Shown here one piece after another: positions 10,101 to 22,050 of a stretch of 64,000 nucleotides of DNA (within the stretch, counting starts at the first letter, position 1; every line of letters starts with the position of its first letter). The notes beneath the pieces were generated by a model, which had not been told where the DNA came from, did no database searches, and saw only the letters and a program-made list of their open reading frames with translations. The stretch comes from Lama guanicoe (Eukaryota). Both the position numbers and the translations under genes were made by a program. The DNA is taken from positions 2,603,374-2,667,373 of the forward strand of contig MU054220.1 in the NCBI GenBank assembly GCA_013239625.1, in the 5' to 3' direction.

Positions 10101-12421
10101 TAGCCTATCTGGTGTCTTTGACTCCACTCAAGTGCAGTTTTAAATCTGTGTGATTATTTGATTATGTCTGACTTTCCCACTAGACTGTCAGCTCCATTAG
10201 AAGAGAGACCATCCTCTGCAACTCATGCAGAGTCTAACACACACTAGGAACTTAATAATAAATATTTCTCTACTGAGTTGTATTGACATTATCTGTCTTT
10301 TTATATGCTCGTCTCTTCAGGTCTCACCTTCAATGACCCACAAGACTATAAACTCTTTGAAAGCAGGAATCTGGAGCTATTTTATTTATTTTTGGTGTCT
10401 CCATCTTTGTATCTTTCACCACACAAAACCTCTGGCACAAAGTATATGTCCAATCATTTTTGCTTAATTAATTTCCTTTGAGCTTTCTTTCTTGTCTTTT
10501 GTTTCTCCTCAGCCTGTCTTATACCCGTAAGCCCAGTTATATTATCTATACAATGAATGAATAATAAAAGCCTTCTAAGCTGTTTGTGAGAATCACACGA
10601 TATAATGTATTTGAGTAAGTAGAGCAGTGCTTAGCACACAGTTAGCGCTCAATAAATGGTGACTTTCATTATTCCCGGAACAATCATTCTGGTGACTAAA
10701 GATGTACTCTGTTTAATTTTAACAGACAGAGGCCTTTCAGAGAGAGAATAAAAGTGAACTTCCTGAAGATCTGGCGAGCAGGTTTTTTTTTTTCCCCTCC
10801 CTTTATTGGCATTTGACCCACTATATAAGGCTCAGTCCCAAAACGATCTCTGAAAAGCATCAAATATCATTCTTCTCCCTTTCTTTTATAAATTCCAGAC
10901 ATATCAAAGGCATATGAACCATACATAGAATTCAAACCTTTAAGTGGAAACATATAAAGGCCAATTCCACGTCTTTGGCCAGAAGTTAGAGAGCAGAAAA
11001 GAGGTCTGTCAGTGATACCAGGAGTGGGATTTAGTGGCTGCAGCCAGGGACAAAAAGCAGAATTCTTACATCTGTTTCCTACATCTGCCATTGATTGTGT
11101 GACCTTTGATCTATTTATAAAATGAAGATAATAATTCTTGCTTTTTCTGGAGGTTGAACTTCATTAATGACTCATTTAAAAATGCTTTGAGATCCTCAAC
11201 ATGAAAGGCAGTTCGGCTATATTTAAACAGTACTCCCAATAGGTAAACGGCCCAGCAACATCTGTCCGTGCAGCATGAATCTGACCTCCATTTTACCAGA
11301 AAGTGAGGCTGGGGAAGGTGGATTCTTTGCCCAGAGTCATAAGTTACCGACAGACACAGGGAGACCCCCTTCATTTCTGGCCCCAGCTTGCAGGAATGAG
11401 CAATCTCAGGGCAGCCTTTTTGGATCAACATGTAACACTACTCGGAGGCCCACCATCTCTAGGGTTTCATCTCCGCAAGAGGAAAGCAGGTGGCTGCGCT
11501 GGGCCCACTGCAATGTGAATCCACCAGAGAGAACAATTCAAGCCACAGTGATGGACTGCAGGCAGCAGCCTCTCCCCAGAAGGCCTGGAAAGAACTTTGC
11601 TGAGAGATGTAACAGGAGAAGGTGGGCTGAACCCAGAAAGCAGTGTAGGCAGGGCTTCTCTGGAGGCTGACCTTCTCAACTTAGAGATCTGGAAAAGAGA
11701 CCCGAAGGAAGGCAACAGAGGGGGCTGAGGTCCTTGTTTGACAGCTCGGCAGTAGCAGCCGAAGGTTAAGCCAGCCCCCACTGCGGCTCTTGGAACCAGC
11801 CGCAACTGTGCCCTGTTTTGAGGAGAGAGCCCTAGAGCCGAAGACGAGGCTTCAAAACCCAGCTGCAAACTTACCAGCTGTGCAGTTTGGGCTTTGAGCC
11901 TCAGTGCCTCAACTAGGGCTAGGGATAATAATTACACCAGCTTGTCAGGGTTGTTAGGAAGATTAAACAAGAGAAGGCACATGACAATGTGTCACTTGTG
12001 GAAGGGGTTCAATCAATACTCATGAAAAAGGTGAAAACACTGCAAACTCATTTAAGACTGAGCAGAGCTCTCTCCCTTTACTTTAAAAAATTCCCCTCTT
12101 TATTCTTAAACACGATTAATATACACATATATATATAATATATTAACTTATGTACTTGTACATGATTAACAACAACAACAAAACCCCCAAACAACCCACC
12201 AAAATACAAAAGACCAAACAGCTTGAAAGAAGGTTGAGTGAAATAAGTGTCTCTCCCGCTGGAACCTCTTATCACCCATTTCTCCTCCCCTGGTGACAAT
12301 AACTGTTACCAGGTTCTGGTGCATCTTTCCAGAGATAGTCTACGCACATATAAGGATCTATGAACCTTGCCTCCTTTTTATATAGATAACGTGCTACACA
12401 CTCTGTATGTACATATATATA

Positions 12422-12456
<35 letters not shown>

Positions 12457-12474
12457 TTTGCTAAACAATGTATC

Positions 12475-13292
12475 TTTTTAAAATTAAAGTGTAGTTGATT
12501 TACAATGTGTTAATTTCTGGTGTACAGCATAGTGATTCATATATATATTAATGACTATATATATATATTTATTTTTACATTCTTTTTCATTATAAGCCAT
12601 TAAAAGGTATCAAATATAGTTCCCTGTGCTATACAGTAGGACCTTGTTGTTTATCTATTTTATATATAGTCGTTAGTATCTACAAATCTTGAACTCCCAA
12701 TTATCCCTTCTCACCCCTTTCCTTCTCTGGTAACCGTAAGTTTATTTTCTGTGTCTGTGAGTCTGTCTCATTTGTTCATTTGTGCCCCTCCTCTTTTTTT
12801 TTTAGATTCCACATAAAAGTGATATCATATGGTATTTGTCTTTCTCTTTCTGGCTTACTTTCACTTAGTATGATGATCTCCATGTCCATCCATGTTGCTA
12901 CAAATGGCATTATTTTATTATTTTTTATGGCTGAGTAGTATTCCATTGTATACATATACCACAAATTCTTTATCCAGTCATCTGTAGATGGACATTTACA
13001 TTGCTTCTGTGTCTTGGCTGTTGTAAATAATGCTATGAACATTGGGGTGCACGTATCTTTTCAAATTAGAGTTCCCTTCGGATATATGCCCAGGAGTGGG
13101 ATTACTGGATCATATGGTAAGTCTATTTTTAGTTTTCTAAGAAACCTCCATACTGTTCTTCATAATGGCTGCACCAAACTACATTCCCACCAGCAGTGTA
13201 GGAGGGTTTCCTTTTCTCCACACTTCTCCAGCCTTTATCATTTGTGGACTTTCTAATGATGGCCATTCTGATGGGTGTGAGATGATACCTCA
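12475..13292 (-). mobile_element. Young lineage-specific L1, 5'-truncated (ORF2 C-terminus + 3'UTR)
   Basis: ORF 12776-13042 [40 protein letters not shown] matches the L1 ORF2p end; 13-bp TSD taaacaatgtatc at 12462-12474 and 13293-13305. Confidence 0.9.
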
Positions 13293-13416
13293 TAAACAAT
13301 GTATCCTGAAACTAATTCATTATCAGTATATACAGGGCTACCTCATTCTTTTTTAAGGCTGCATAGTACTACACTGCATTTATTTAGCCAGCCCTCTACA
13401 GATAGACATTTAGGTT

Positions 13417-13923
13417 TATATTAGTTTTCTTTGGCTGCTATGACAAATTACTGCCAATTTAGCAGCTTGAAACTACACAAACCTATTATCTTGCAGTTTT
13501 GTAGATCAGAAGTCCAGAAGGGGTCTTGCTGGACTAAAAGCAAGGTGTTGGCAGCATTTCATTCCCTTTGGAGACTCTAGGAGAGAATCTGTTTCCTTGT
13601 CCATTCTAGCTTCCAGGCACTTCTAGACACTTCTAGACCTGCAGTCCTTTGCTTGTGTCCCCCTCCTTCATCTTCAAAGCCAGCAACCATAGGTAGAGCG
13701 TTTCTTAAGCCACATTGTTCCGACTCTCCTTTTATGCTTCCTTTTTTCATTTTTAAGGACCTTTGTGATTACATTGAGCCAACCCAGATAATCCAGGATA
13801 ATCTCCCTATTTTGAGGAATTAATCCATCTGCAAGTTTAATTCCCCTTTGCCATGTGTATTCACAGGTTCTGGGGGTTAGGATGTGGACATTTTTGGAGA
13901 GGGGCATTATTCTACCTTCCACA
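13417..13923 (-). mobile_element. MaLR solo LTR (MLT1C/D-like)
   Basis: Termini tatattagttttc...attctaccttccaca; 5-bp TSD aggtt at 13412-13416 and 13924-13928. Confidence 0.85.
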
Positions 13924-14124
13924 AGGTTATGTGCTGTCTTGCTATTACAAACAACTGATGAATGTCTTTATATTTCCTGCCTGTGGGTATATATGTAAGA
14001 GCAAGTCTGAGAAGCAGTGTCTGTTTAAGGGTATGCGTTTAAAAGTTTTGGGAAGGTATTGTCAACTTTTGCTCTAAAGGGATTGTACCAATTTGCACAC
14101 CTAACACCAGTGTATCAGTGCGAT

Positions 14125-14790
14125 TAAAAAAATTAGTAGCCTTTATTATTTTAGAGCAATTTTAGGTTTATAGAAAAATTGATCAGAAAATACAGTTTCT
14201 ACATACCCCTCCCCATAGTTTCCCCTATTATATACATATTATATTGAGGAACTATGTGTGTTACAATTGATGAGCCAATGTTGATACATTATTATTAACT
14301 AAAGTCCCTAGTTTACACTAGGATTCACTCTTGGCTCTGTACATTCTATGGGTTTTGACAAATGTATAATGCCATGTATCCACAATTATAGTATTGTACA
14401 CAATAGTTTCACAGCCATAAAAATCCTCTCTGCTCTGCTTATTCATCCCTCTCTCTCCCCTGCCAACCCCCTAGCAAACATTCATATTTTTACTGTTTCC
14501 ATTTTGCCTTTTCCAGAATGTCATATAGTTGGAATCATACAGTATGTGCTCTTTTCAGATTGGCTTCTCTTACCTAGCATTATGCATTTAAGATCCCTTC
14601 ATGTCTTTTTGTGAGTTGAAAGCTCTTTTTTCATTGCTAAATAATATTCCATTGTATGGAGGTACCACAGTTTGTATATCCATCATCTGTTGAAGGACAT
14701 CTTGGTTGCTTGCAAGATTTGGCAAATCTGAATAAAGCTGCTGTAAACATCAGCGTGCAGGTTTTTGTGTGGACATAAGTTTTTCAACTG
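14125..14790 (-). mobile_element. L1MC/L1MD-like 3' end
   Basis: ttttagagcaattttaggtttatagaaaaattga...gaatgtcatatagttggaatcatacagtatg. Confidence 0.75.
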
Positions 14791-14930
14791 TGCCAGTTTT
14801 TTTCACACCTTTGAACATGCAGTATTTTAGCAAACTTCTTCATCTTGGCTAATCTGATAGATGAAAATGGTATCTAGTCGTTGTTTTAATGTACATTTCT
14901 TTAATGAAGTGTGAAGTTTGATTCTTTTTA

Positions 14931-15137
14931 AAAATTTTTTTAATTGAAATGTAGTTGATTTACAATGTTAGTTTCAGGTGTACAGCAAAGTGATTCAGTT
15001 ATACATATACATGCATATATATTTTTTCTTTTCAGATTTTTCCATTATATGTTATTACAAGAAATTTAATATAGTTTCCTGTGCTATACAGTAGGTCCTT
15101 GTTGTTTATTTATTTTATATATAGTACTGAGTGTCTG
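14931..15137 (-). mobile_element. Young L1 3' end (short)
   Basis: ttgaaatgtagttgatttacaatgtt...tgtgctatacagtagg; 13-bp TSD ttgattcttttta at 14918-14930 and 15138-15150. Confidence 0.85.
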
Positions 15138-15696
15138 TTGATTCTTTTTACATTTAAATTTTAACTTCTGGAAATGGTCTGTTCATGTTTATTTTTCTAG
15201 GGGCTTACTTTTTTCTTACTGATACATATAATCTTTTTATATAACAAGGAAATTGGAAACTTGCATTATATTTTTGTCCAGTTTATTATTTGTCTTTTGA
15301 TTTTTTTCCCATGTTGAAATTTAAAACATTTTGAAGACAAATTTATACCTTTTTTTCTTTTGAGGCCTTTGTGTTTTGTGTCTTAACTTTCCCACTTCAA
15401 GATTTTAAAAATTCTTCTGTTTAATTCTGATGTTTTTATGATTTTAATGTTTACATTTAAGTCTTGGACACATCTGGATATATTTAGTTAAAAGGAGCCA
15501 GGTAAGGTCCCAAGTGCTCCGCCTGCCCCCAGTTGTTAACCCATCAAGGAATGTTGTTCCAGTATCATTTTCAGAGGAAGCCATCTTTCCTTTTATCGGA
15601 AATGCCACCTTGATTATTTACTAAATTCCGGTGGGTAATTGTAGCTATTCTGGTCTTTTGAGCTAAATGTTTTGCCTACTAAACTTTTCCATTATG

Positions 15697-16210
15697 TTTT
15701 TTATTTATTTTTTTTACATTTTTTATTAAATTATAGTCATTTTATAATGTTGTGTCAAATTCCAATGTACAGCATAATTTTTCAGTTATACATGAACATA
15801 CATATATTCATTGTCATTTTTTTTTTTTCATGTGAGCTACCACAAGATCTTGTATATATTTCCCTGTGCTATACAGTATAATCTTGTTTATCTCTGCATG
15901 TGCCTGTCAGTGTCTACAAATTTTGAAATCCCAGTCTGTCCCTTCCCACCCCCCGCCCCCTTGGCAACCACAAGTTTGTATTCTATGTCTATGAGTCTGT
16001 TTCTGTTTTGTATTTATGTTCTTTTTTTTTTTAGATTCAACATATGAGCCATCTCATATGGTATTTTTATTTCTCTTTCTGGCTTACTTCACTTTGAATG
16101 ACATTCTCCAGGAACATCCATGTTGCTGCAAATGCCGTTATGTTGTCGTTTTTTATGGCTGAGTAGTATTCCATTGTATAAATATACCACCTCTTCTTTA
16201 TCCAGTCATC
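15697..16210 (-). mobile_element. Young (camelid-type) L1 3' end
   Basis: Highly similar to the copies at 18.8 and 54.8 kb; TSD-like tccattat(g/a)ttttt on both sides. Confidence 0.9.
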
Positions 16211-16224
16211 TCCATTATATTTTT

Positions 16225-17300
16225 TAAATAACAGATTTATTGAAGTATAATTCCTATATTATGAGATTTACCCCTTTAAGTATACAGTTCAGTGTTTTTT
16301 AGTATATTCACAGAGTTGTGTAACTATCACTGCTATCTGATTTCACATTTTCATCACCCCACAAAGAAGCCCTGTACCCATTAGCAGTCACTCTCCACTC
16401 CCTCCTGCCCCGAGATCCTGGCAATCACTAATCTACTTTCGGTTTCTATAGATTTGCCTATCCTGGACATTTCATATAGATAGAGTTACATGGTGTGTAG
16501 CATTTTATGACTGACTTCTTTCATTTAGTATGTTTTCAAGGTTCATTCATTTTGTAGCGTATCAGTACTTCATTCCTTTTTACTGCCATATAATATTCCA
16601 TTGTGTGGCTCTACCACATTCTAGTTATCTGTTCATCAACTGATGTACCCTTGGATGGTTTCCGCTTTTTGGCTATTATATATAATGCTGTTATGAACAT
16701 TTGTGTACAAGCTTTTGTGTGGACATATATTTTCAATTCTCTTAGGCACATATATAGGAGTGGAGTTGCTAGGTCACATGATAACTCTATGTTTAACATT
16801 TTGAAGACCTGCCAGAATGTTTTCTGAAGTGGCTGCATTATTTTACATTATTAACAGCACTGTATGAGGGTTCCAGTTTATCCAGTTCTCACCAACACTT
16901 GTTAATGTTTGTCTTTTTGATTATAGCCATCCTTGTGGGTGTGAAATGGTATCTGATTGTGGTTTTGATTTGCATTTCCCTAATGGCTAGTAATGTAGGA
17001 CATCTTTTCTTGTGCTTATTGAACATTTGTATATCTTCTTTAAATAAATGTCTATTTAAATTCTTTGCCCATTTAAAAATTAGGTTGTCTTTTGTTTTTA
17101 TTGAGTTGTAAGAACTCTTTATATATTCTGTCCCTTATCAGATATGTGATTTGCAAATATTTTCTCCCATTCTGTGAGTTGTATTTTCACTTTCCTAATG
17201 GTGTCTTTTGAAGCATAAAAGTTTTTAATTTTGATGAGGTCCAATGTATCTATTTTTCCCTTTTGTTGTTTGTGGTTTTGGTGTCATATCTAAGAAATTA
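16225..17300 (-). mobile_element. L1MB-like 3' region
   Basis: tttagtatattcacagagttgtgtaac...; ORF 16611-16838 IELSCDLATPLLYMCLRELKIYVHTKACTQMFITAL resembles the L1 ORF2p end. Confidence 0.8.
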
Positions 17301-18221
17301 CATTATGTTTTAATGTTTAATAGTCTATCGTCACTGTCTCTCCACCCCACCTCACCCTTCTGGACTATTTTTGCATGCTTTATTTTTTTTTCATGTGAAC
17401 TATAGAATCAGTTCCTCTTGTTCCAAAAGCAATTCTTTTAGTATATTTTAAACATTGGAATCACTGTAAATAATAATGATGTGTGAGAACTGACATCTTT
17501 ACAATGGTACATTCGTATCTAAAAATAGGATATGTCTTTACATTTGTTCAGACTGTTAAGTCCCTCAGTAGCATTCTAAAGCATTCTTCCTATAGATTTA
17601 ACGTATTTGTCATAGTTGTGTTTTGTGTTGTTGCTCATATGAATGGAATATTTTCTTATATTTTCTAACTGGTGTTGACTGCATATAAGAAAGCTACTCA
17701 CTTTTGTATATTGGTCATATAACCAGTCATCTAATTTTATTGATATTAAATGTATTGCTAATTCCTGATTGACTTGAGTTTTCTAGATGTACAGTCATAT
17801 CATCTAAAAATAATGATGATAATTTTGCTTTCTCCTTTCCTGTTTTTATACTTCTTGTTTCTTTCTGTTGTATAATCGAATAGGCCAGCATTTTGAGAAC
17901 AGTGTTAAATACTGATGGTGTGAGTAGAAATCTTTATTTTGCTCCTGACTCTATGGGAAATGCTTCTAGTTACAGACTTTGCAGAGAGGCAGCTTCTAGC
18001 ATCTCTTTTTGAGTCTTTTATTGTGTTCTCTCTGTCAGGTTTCACACAGTGTTATGCTAGCTTTCATAAAAAGAATTTAGAAGTTTTCCTGCTTTCTGTT
18101 TGCTCTGGAATAATTTAAATAGCAGGTAGGATTCACCCTTGAAACTGTCTGGACTTGACATTTTTGGGGGTTTAGCTCTTCGAAAACATCTTCAATTTAT
18201 TCTGTAGGATTTAGCATGTTA

Positions 18222-18233
18222 CAGTCTTTTGGA

Positions 18234-18273
<40 letters not shown>

Positions 18274-18285
18274 TCCAAAAGACTG
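18222..18285. repeat. Perfect 64-bp palindrome centred on (TA)19
   Basis: cagtcttttggag-(ta)19-ctccaaaagactg. Confidence 0.95.
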
Positions 18286-18289
18286 ATTT

Positions 18290-18590
18290 TAAGAAAAGGC
18301 TTTATTTGGAGGGATAGTTTTAGATTTACAGAAAAATTGGGAAGGTAGAGTTCTCATACTGCTTCTCATCCATTTTCTCCTGCATTATTAACAGCTTAAA
18401 GATTTGTATGACACATTTGCTGTAATTAACAAAATAATATTGATACTCTATTACTATCTGAAGTCCATAGTGTATTCAGATTTCCTTAGTTTTTACCTAA
18501 TGTCATTTTCTGTTCTAAGATCCCATCTATGATACCATGTTCCATTTATGTGTCATGTTCCCTTAGCATTCCCTTGGCTAGGACAGCCTT
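18290..18590 (-). mobile_element. Old L1 (L1MB/MC-like) 3' tip
   Basis: gttttagatttacagaaaaattg...gtccatagtgtattcagatttccttagtttttacctaatgtc. Confidence 0.65.
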
Positions 18591-18591
18591 G

Positions 18592-18713
18592 GTTTTTTCT
18601 GTTTGTTTGTTTGCTTACTTCTTTTTAAAAAATTTAATGGAGTTACTTGGGCATTGAACCCATGACCTCTTGCATGCTAAGCATGCGCTCTGTCACTGAG
18701 CTATACTGCCCCC
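18592..18713 (-). mobile_element. tRNA-derived camelid-type SINE (Vic-1-like, short form)
   Basis: Reverse strand reads ggggcagtatagctcagtgacagagcgcatgcttagcatgcaagaggtcatgggttcaatgccc (A and B boxes) plus an A-rich tail. Confidence 0.8.
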
Positions 18714-18716
18714 TGA

Positions 18717-18820
18717 GTGCTGGGAAAACGAGCTGTGTAATCTGGTGGGGAGGGAACTGTGTCAGTAGCTAAATAAGATCCTCATTTAAATAGCAGAAAT
18801 AAAACAAGCCAAAACCAAAA
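18717..18820 (+). repeat. Local direct duplication, copy A (partner 20170-20273)
   Basis: 104-bp ungapped match, 8 mismatches by manual alignment. Confidence 0.95.
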
Positions 18821-18826
18821 AACACC

Positions 18827-19345
18827 TTTTTTTGGACTTTTTATTATTTTATTTTTATTTATTTTTTATTGAGTTATAGTCAGTTTACAATGTTGTGTCA
18901 ATTTCCAGAGTACAGCACAATTTTTCAGTTATGCATGAACATACATATATTCATTGTCACATTTTTTTCATTTCANNNNNNNNNNNNNNNNNNNNNNNNN
19001 NNNNNNNNNNNNNNNNNNNNNNNNNNNNNNNNNNNNNNNNNNNNNNNNNNNNNNNNNNNNNNNNNNNNNNNNNNNNNNNNNNNNNNNNNNNNNNNNNNNN
19101 NNNNNNNNNNNTGGCAACCACAAGTTTGTATTCTATGTCTATGAGTCTGTTTCTGTTTTGTATTTATGTTCTTCCTTTTTTTTTTTAGATTCCACATATG
19201 AGCAATCTCATATGGTATTTTTCTTTCTCGTTCTGGCTTACTTCACTTTGAATGACATTCTCCAGGGACATCCATGTTGCTGCAAATGGCATTATGTTGT
19301 CATTTTTATGGCTGAGTAGTATTCCATTGTATAAATATACCACAT
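18827..19345 (-). mobile_element. Young L1 3' end containing the assembly gap
   Basis: Same family as 15697-16210; the reverse strand encodes MPFAATWMSLENVIQSEVSQ-type L1 tail text. Confidence 0.9.
18976..19111. other. Assembly gap (136 N)
   Basis: Run of n characters. Confidence 1.
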
Positions 19346-20169
19346 TTTCTTTACTGGAGTATATTTTTAAAAACTCTTCTGAAATTAATTGCAATGTTTT
19401 CTATTTTCCTGGAAAATTATCTATTCAACCTAGGGCTTTAAACTTTTTTTTTTCTTTTTTCGTTTTTTGCTTAGGTTGGCCAAGGTAAATGCTTATTTTA
19501 TTAATTAGTTCTGTGTCTATGGTGGTTGCCCAACTTTCATTTCTTATTTTGTGTATTTGATCTTTAGAAAGTTGGTGGGAGGTCTTCTACTGCAGGGCTG
19601 CCTGTTTATGTGGCCAGTCTGAGGCTGAGCGTTCACAATAGCCAAATCTCCCAGTGACCAGCCAGTTTGGTTTGTTCGAGATGATGTAAGACAGACATTC
19701 CTTCCTGTACTTGGCTTAGCAGTGATCAGTTGAGTGTTTGCCACGCACCAGACTCTGCTAAACTCTTTACGTGTATTTTCTCATTGAATTTTCACACCAC
19801 CCCACATGACTGGTAATACTGCATTATTCTTGTTTTACCAACAAGGAGACAGAGACTTAGAGGGATTGAATAACTCCCTCAACATCCCACAGCTGGTAGC
19901 TGGTAACTACCAGCGGGGACTCTGACTAGGTGTGTCCTCCTCAGGACTCGTTCTAAGTACAGGGCCTCCTACCCCAGCTCACTCCCACTCTGCACCTACC
20001 TTTTTCCTCCCCCGGTGTCAGCCGCAAAGGAATGGCCACTCTCAGTGGACTTCTAAGTCAAGCCCCTGTTTTCTGGACTTCTGAGAGGGCCTCATATTAT
20101 GACCTCCTCCTCCATCTCTCAGATAATTTTTGAGAGCTGGCTCTGGGCCAGGGCCAGCGCCAGTGCTGG

Positions 20170-20273
20170 GTGCTGGGAAAACGAGCTGTATAATCCCATG
20201 GGGAGGGAGCTGTGTCACCAGCTAAATAAGATCCTCATTTAAATAGCAGAAATGAAACAAGCCAAAACCAAAA
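20170..20273 (+). repeat. Local direct duplication, copy B (probable source)
   Basis: Matches 18717-18820 at about 92%; lies in non-repetitive context. Confidence 0.95.
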
Positions 20274-21029
20274 TACCAACCATCAAATCATAGTTCCTTG
20301 AGGTGCAATCGTTGAGAGAACCCAGGACCAGCTTGAATCACACACATCTGACCCTTAATAGCTGTGCAACGAAGACGTGCCACTTTATGCCTCTGAGCCT
20401 CTGTTTCTACAGCTATAAAATGTGGATAACATCACATATTTTTCACATTCTAGGGATGCATCTTACATTTGATGATGTCTCTCAAGGATACATGGCAGTG
20501 CTGTTTATTTTTTTTCTCATTGTTACATAAAATAGTGGCATGTCTTACTAACAATCTTAGATTTGACGACATATGATAATAACCACATGGTTGTTGTGAG
20601 AAGGAAATGAAAAAATATAAAGTGGGAAACCCTGTATAAATTCAAGTAGGACAGTGCAAGAAGTACTGGCTGGGATTCTAATCCTGAGTCTGTTGTCACT
20701 ACCTGGCTGGATGACCGTGGGCAAATTACCCCCATTGTGTGGTCTCCCACATTTCCTTCTCTGCTCTTTCTTTTCAGCAAAATGAGAGATTTAGTTAATT
20801 CATTAATTCAGCCAACATGTCCTGGGCACATTTTCTGGGCCAGGCAGGGTGCCCCAGGGGGGTGCCTGCCTCCTCAGAGGGAGAGAACAAATTGTTCCCT
20901 TGTGAGCGGTGTTCTGGTAAAGGTAAACACCAGAAGGGTGAGTTGATTTCATGAGCTCTTTTAGCTTTAATTTCTGTCCTTCTGGAACTAGGAGGAGGGA
21001 CAGATGGGACAGGTGTATTTGGGGAGGCC

Positions 21030-21270
21030 AAGTGGTATAGGGTTAATATACAGGCTGTGGAGATGAACGGTCTTGGACCAGCTCTGACACCTTCTAGCTG
21101 TGCGACCTTGAGCCAATGACTTAACCTCTCTGAGCCTCAGGAGCCTTATCTGTAAAAAGAGAGAGACAAGAGTCCCTGTCTCCAAGAGTTGTTGTGAGTA
21201 TTGAATGGAATGCAGTATTAGAGCATTCAGCTCAGCGCATGGCAGTAACAAGCAATTAATGAATAGTAAC
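21030..21270 (+). mobile_element. MIR SINE
   Basis: ctagctgtgcgaccttgagccaatgacttaacctctctgagcctcag...atctgtaaaa. Confidence 0.8.
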
Positions 21271-21599
21271 CTGCCTTCCTCCCAGCCATCCCCCTCTTTC
21301 CTTCCTCTTTTTCTTTTCTGTTCTTCCTTTTCTGCCTCCCCGTCCTACCACTCCTCCTTCTCCCCAGTTTACTTGCTGTACTTGGGCAGTGAAAACCTAC
21401 GTGCAGGAATCCCCTGTCCAAACCTTTCCACTTTGTATTTGGAGGTTGGCACAGAAAAAACGACTCTACTGCATAAATTGGCCTCTCTCTTTGCTGGCCT
21501 TTGCAGTGACTTCCACCCTTGTTGAAAGTTTCTGATGTCTGTCTGCCATGGCTGCCCAGTAGCCAAAGGATCTCACACAGGATGTCTTCCTCTGCGAGG

Positions 21600-22050
21600 C
21601 AGGGTAGACACAGAGCCCAAAGCCTTTTTCAAGGGCCTGGGAAAAATTTGAGATCTGAAAAAATTTAATTGGTGCCAAAACATGAAAAGGAAACTGTAAA
21701 AACAAGAAGTGTTTAATTAAGAAATCTATAAAATGTAACATTGTGTCAACTTCATTAATTGTTAAAATTTAGTGTTTCTTTATATTTCAAAATAATTTGT
21801 AGGTTGGATTTTTCTCACTTTGTAGGAGTTCCCAAACATGCACAATAGTTACTGAGCAATTATGGTCAATTGTAAATTGAGTTGTTCACCAGTTGTAAAT
21901 TAAATGAATATGTTTAGCCAAATTCAGTAGCAAAAGTATTAAAAGCCCTTTCAAAAATTTTATAGTTCAAATGGTTAATATGGAATGTTTTACATATTTT
22001 ATACAATATAAGGCCTCTCTAGGGCCTAGGAAAATCTTTAAAATGCCTCG
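21600..22050. mobile_element. Probable old DNA transposon relic (hAT-Tip100-like)
   Basis: AT-rich body with agggcct motifs near both ends; family assignment uncertain. Confidence 0.35.

Larger units (their letters stand above)
12080..19570 (-). mobile_element. Old L1 (L1ME-like) host fragmented by many nested insertions
   Basis: Collinear degenerate L1 reverse-strand text resumes after each nested element (about 12080-12470, 13300-13416, 13925-14125, 14790-15690, 17300-18230, 19350-19570). Confidence 0.6.

Noticed and set aside
10867..11868. Several 70-133 aa ORFs in unique-looking DNA
   Set aside because: No recognisable motifs or consistent splice phases; lengths are within chance expectation
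18592..18713. tRNA-like A/B boxes here and at 27.8, 45.1 and 61.9 kb as possible tRNA genes
   Set aside because: A-rich tails, TSDs and multiple diverged copies identify them as SINEs
18869..19319. ORFs spanning X runs
   Set aside because: Artefacts of translating the N gap within an L1 3'UTR
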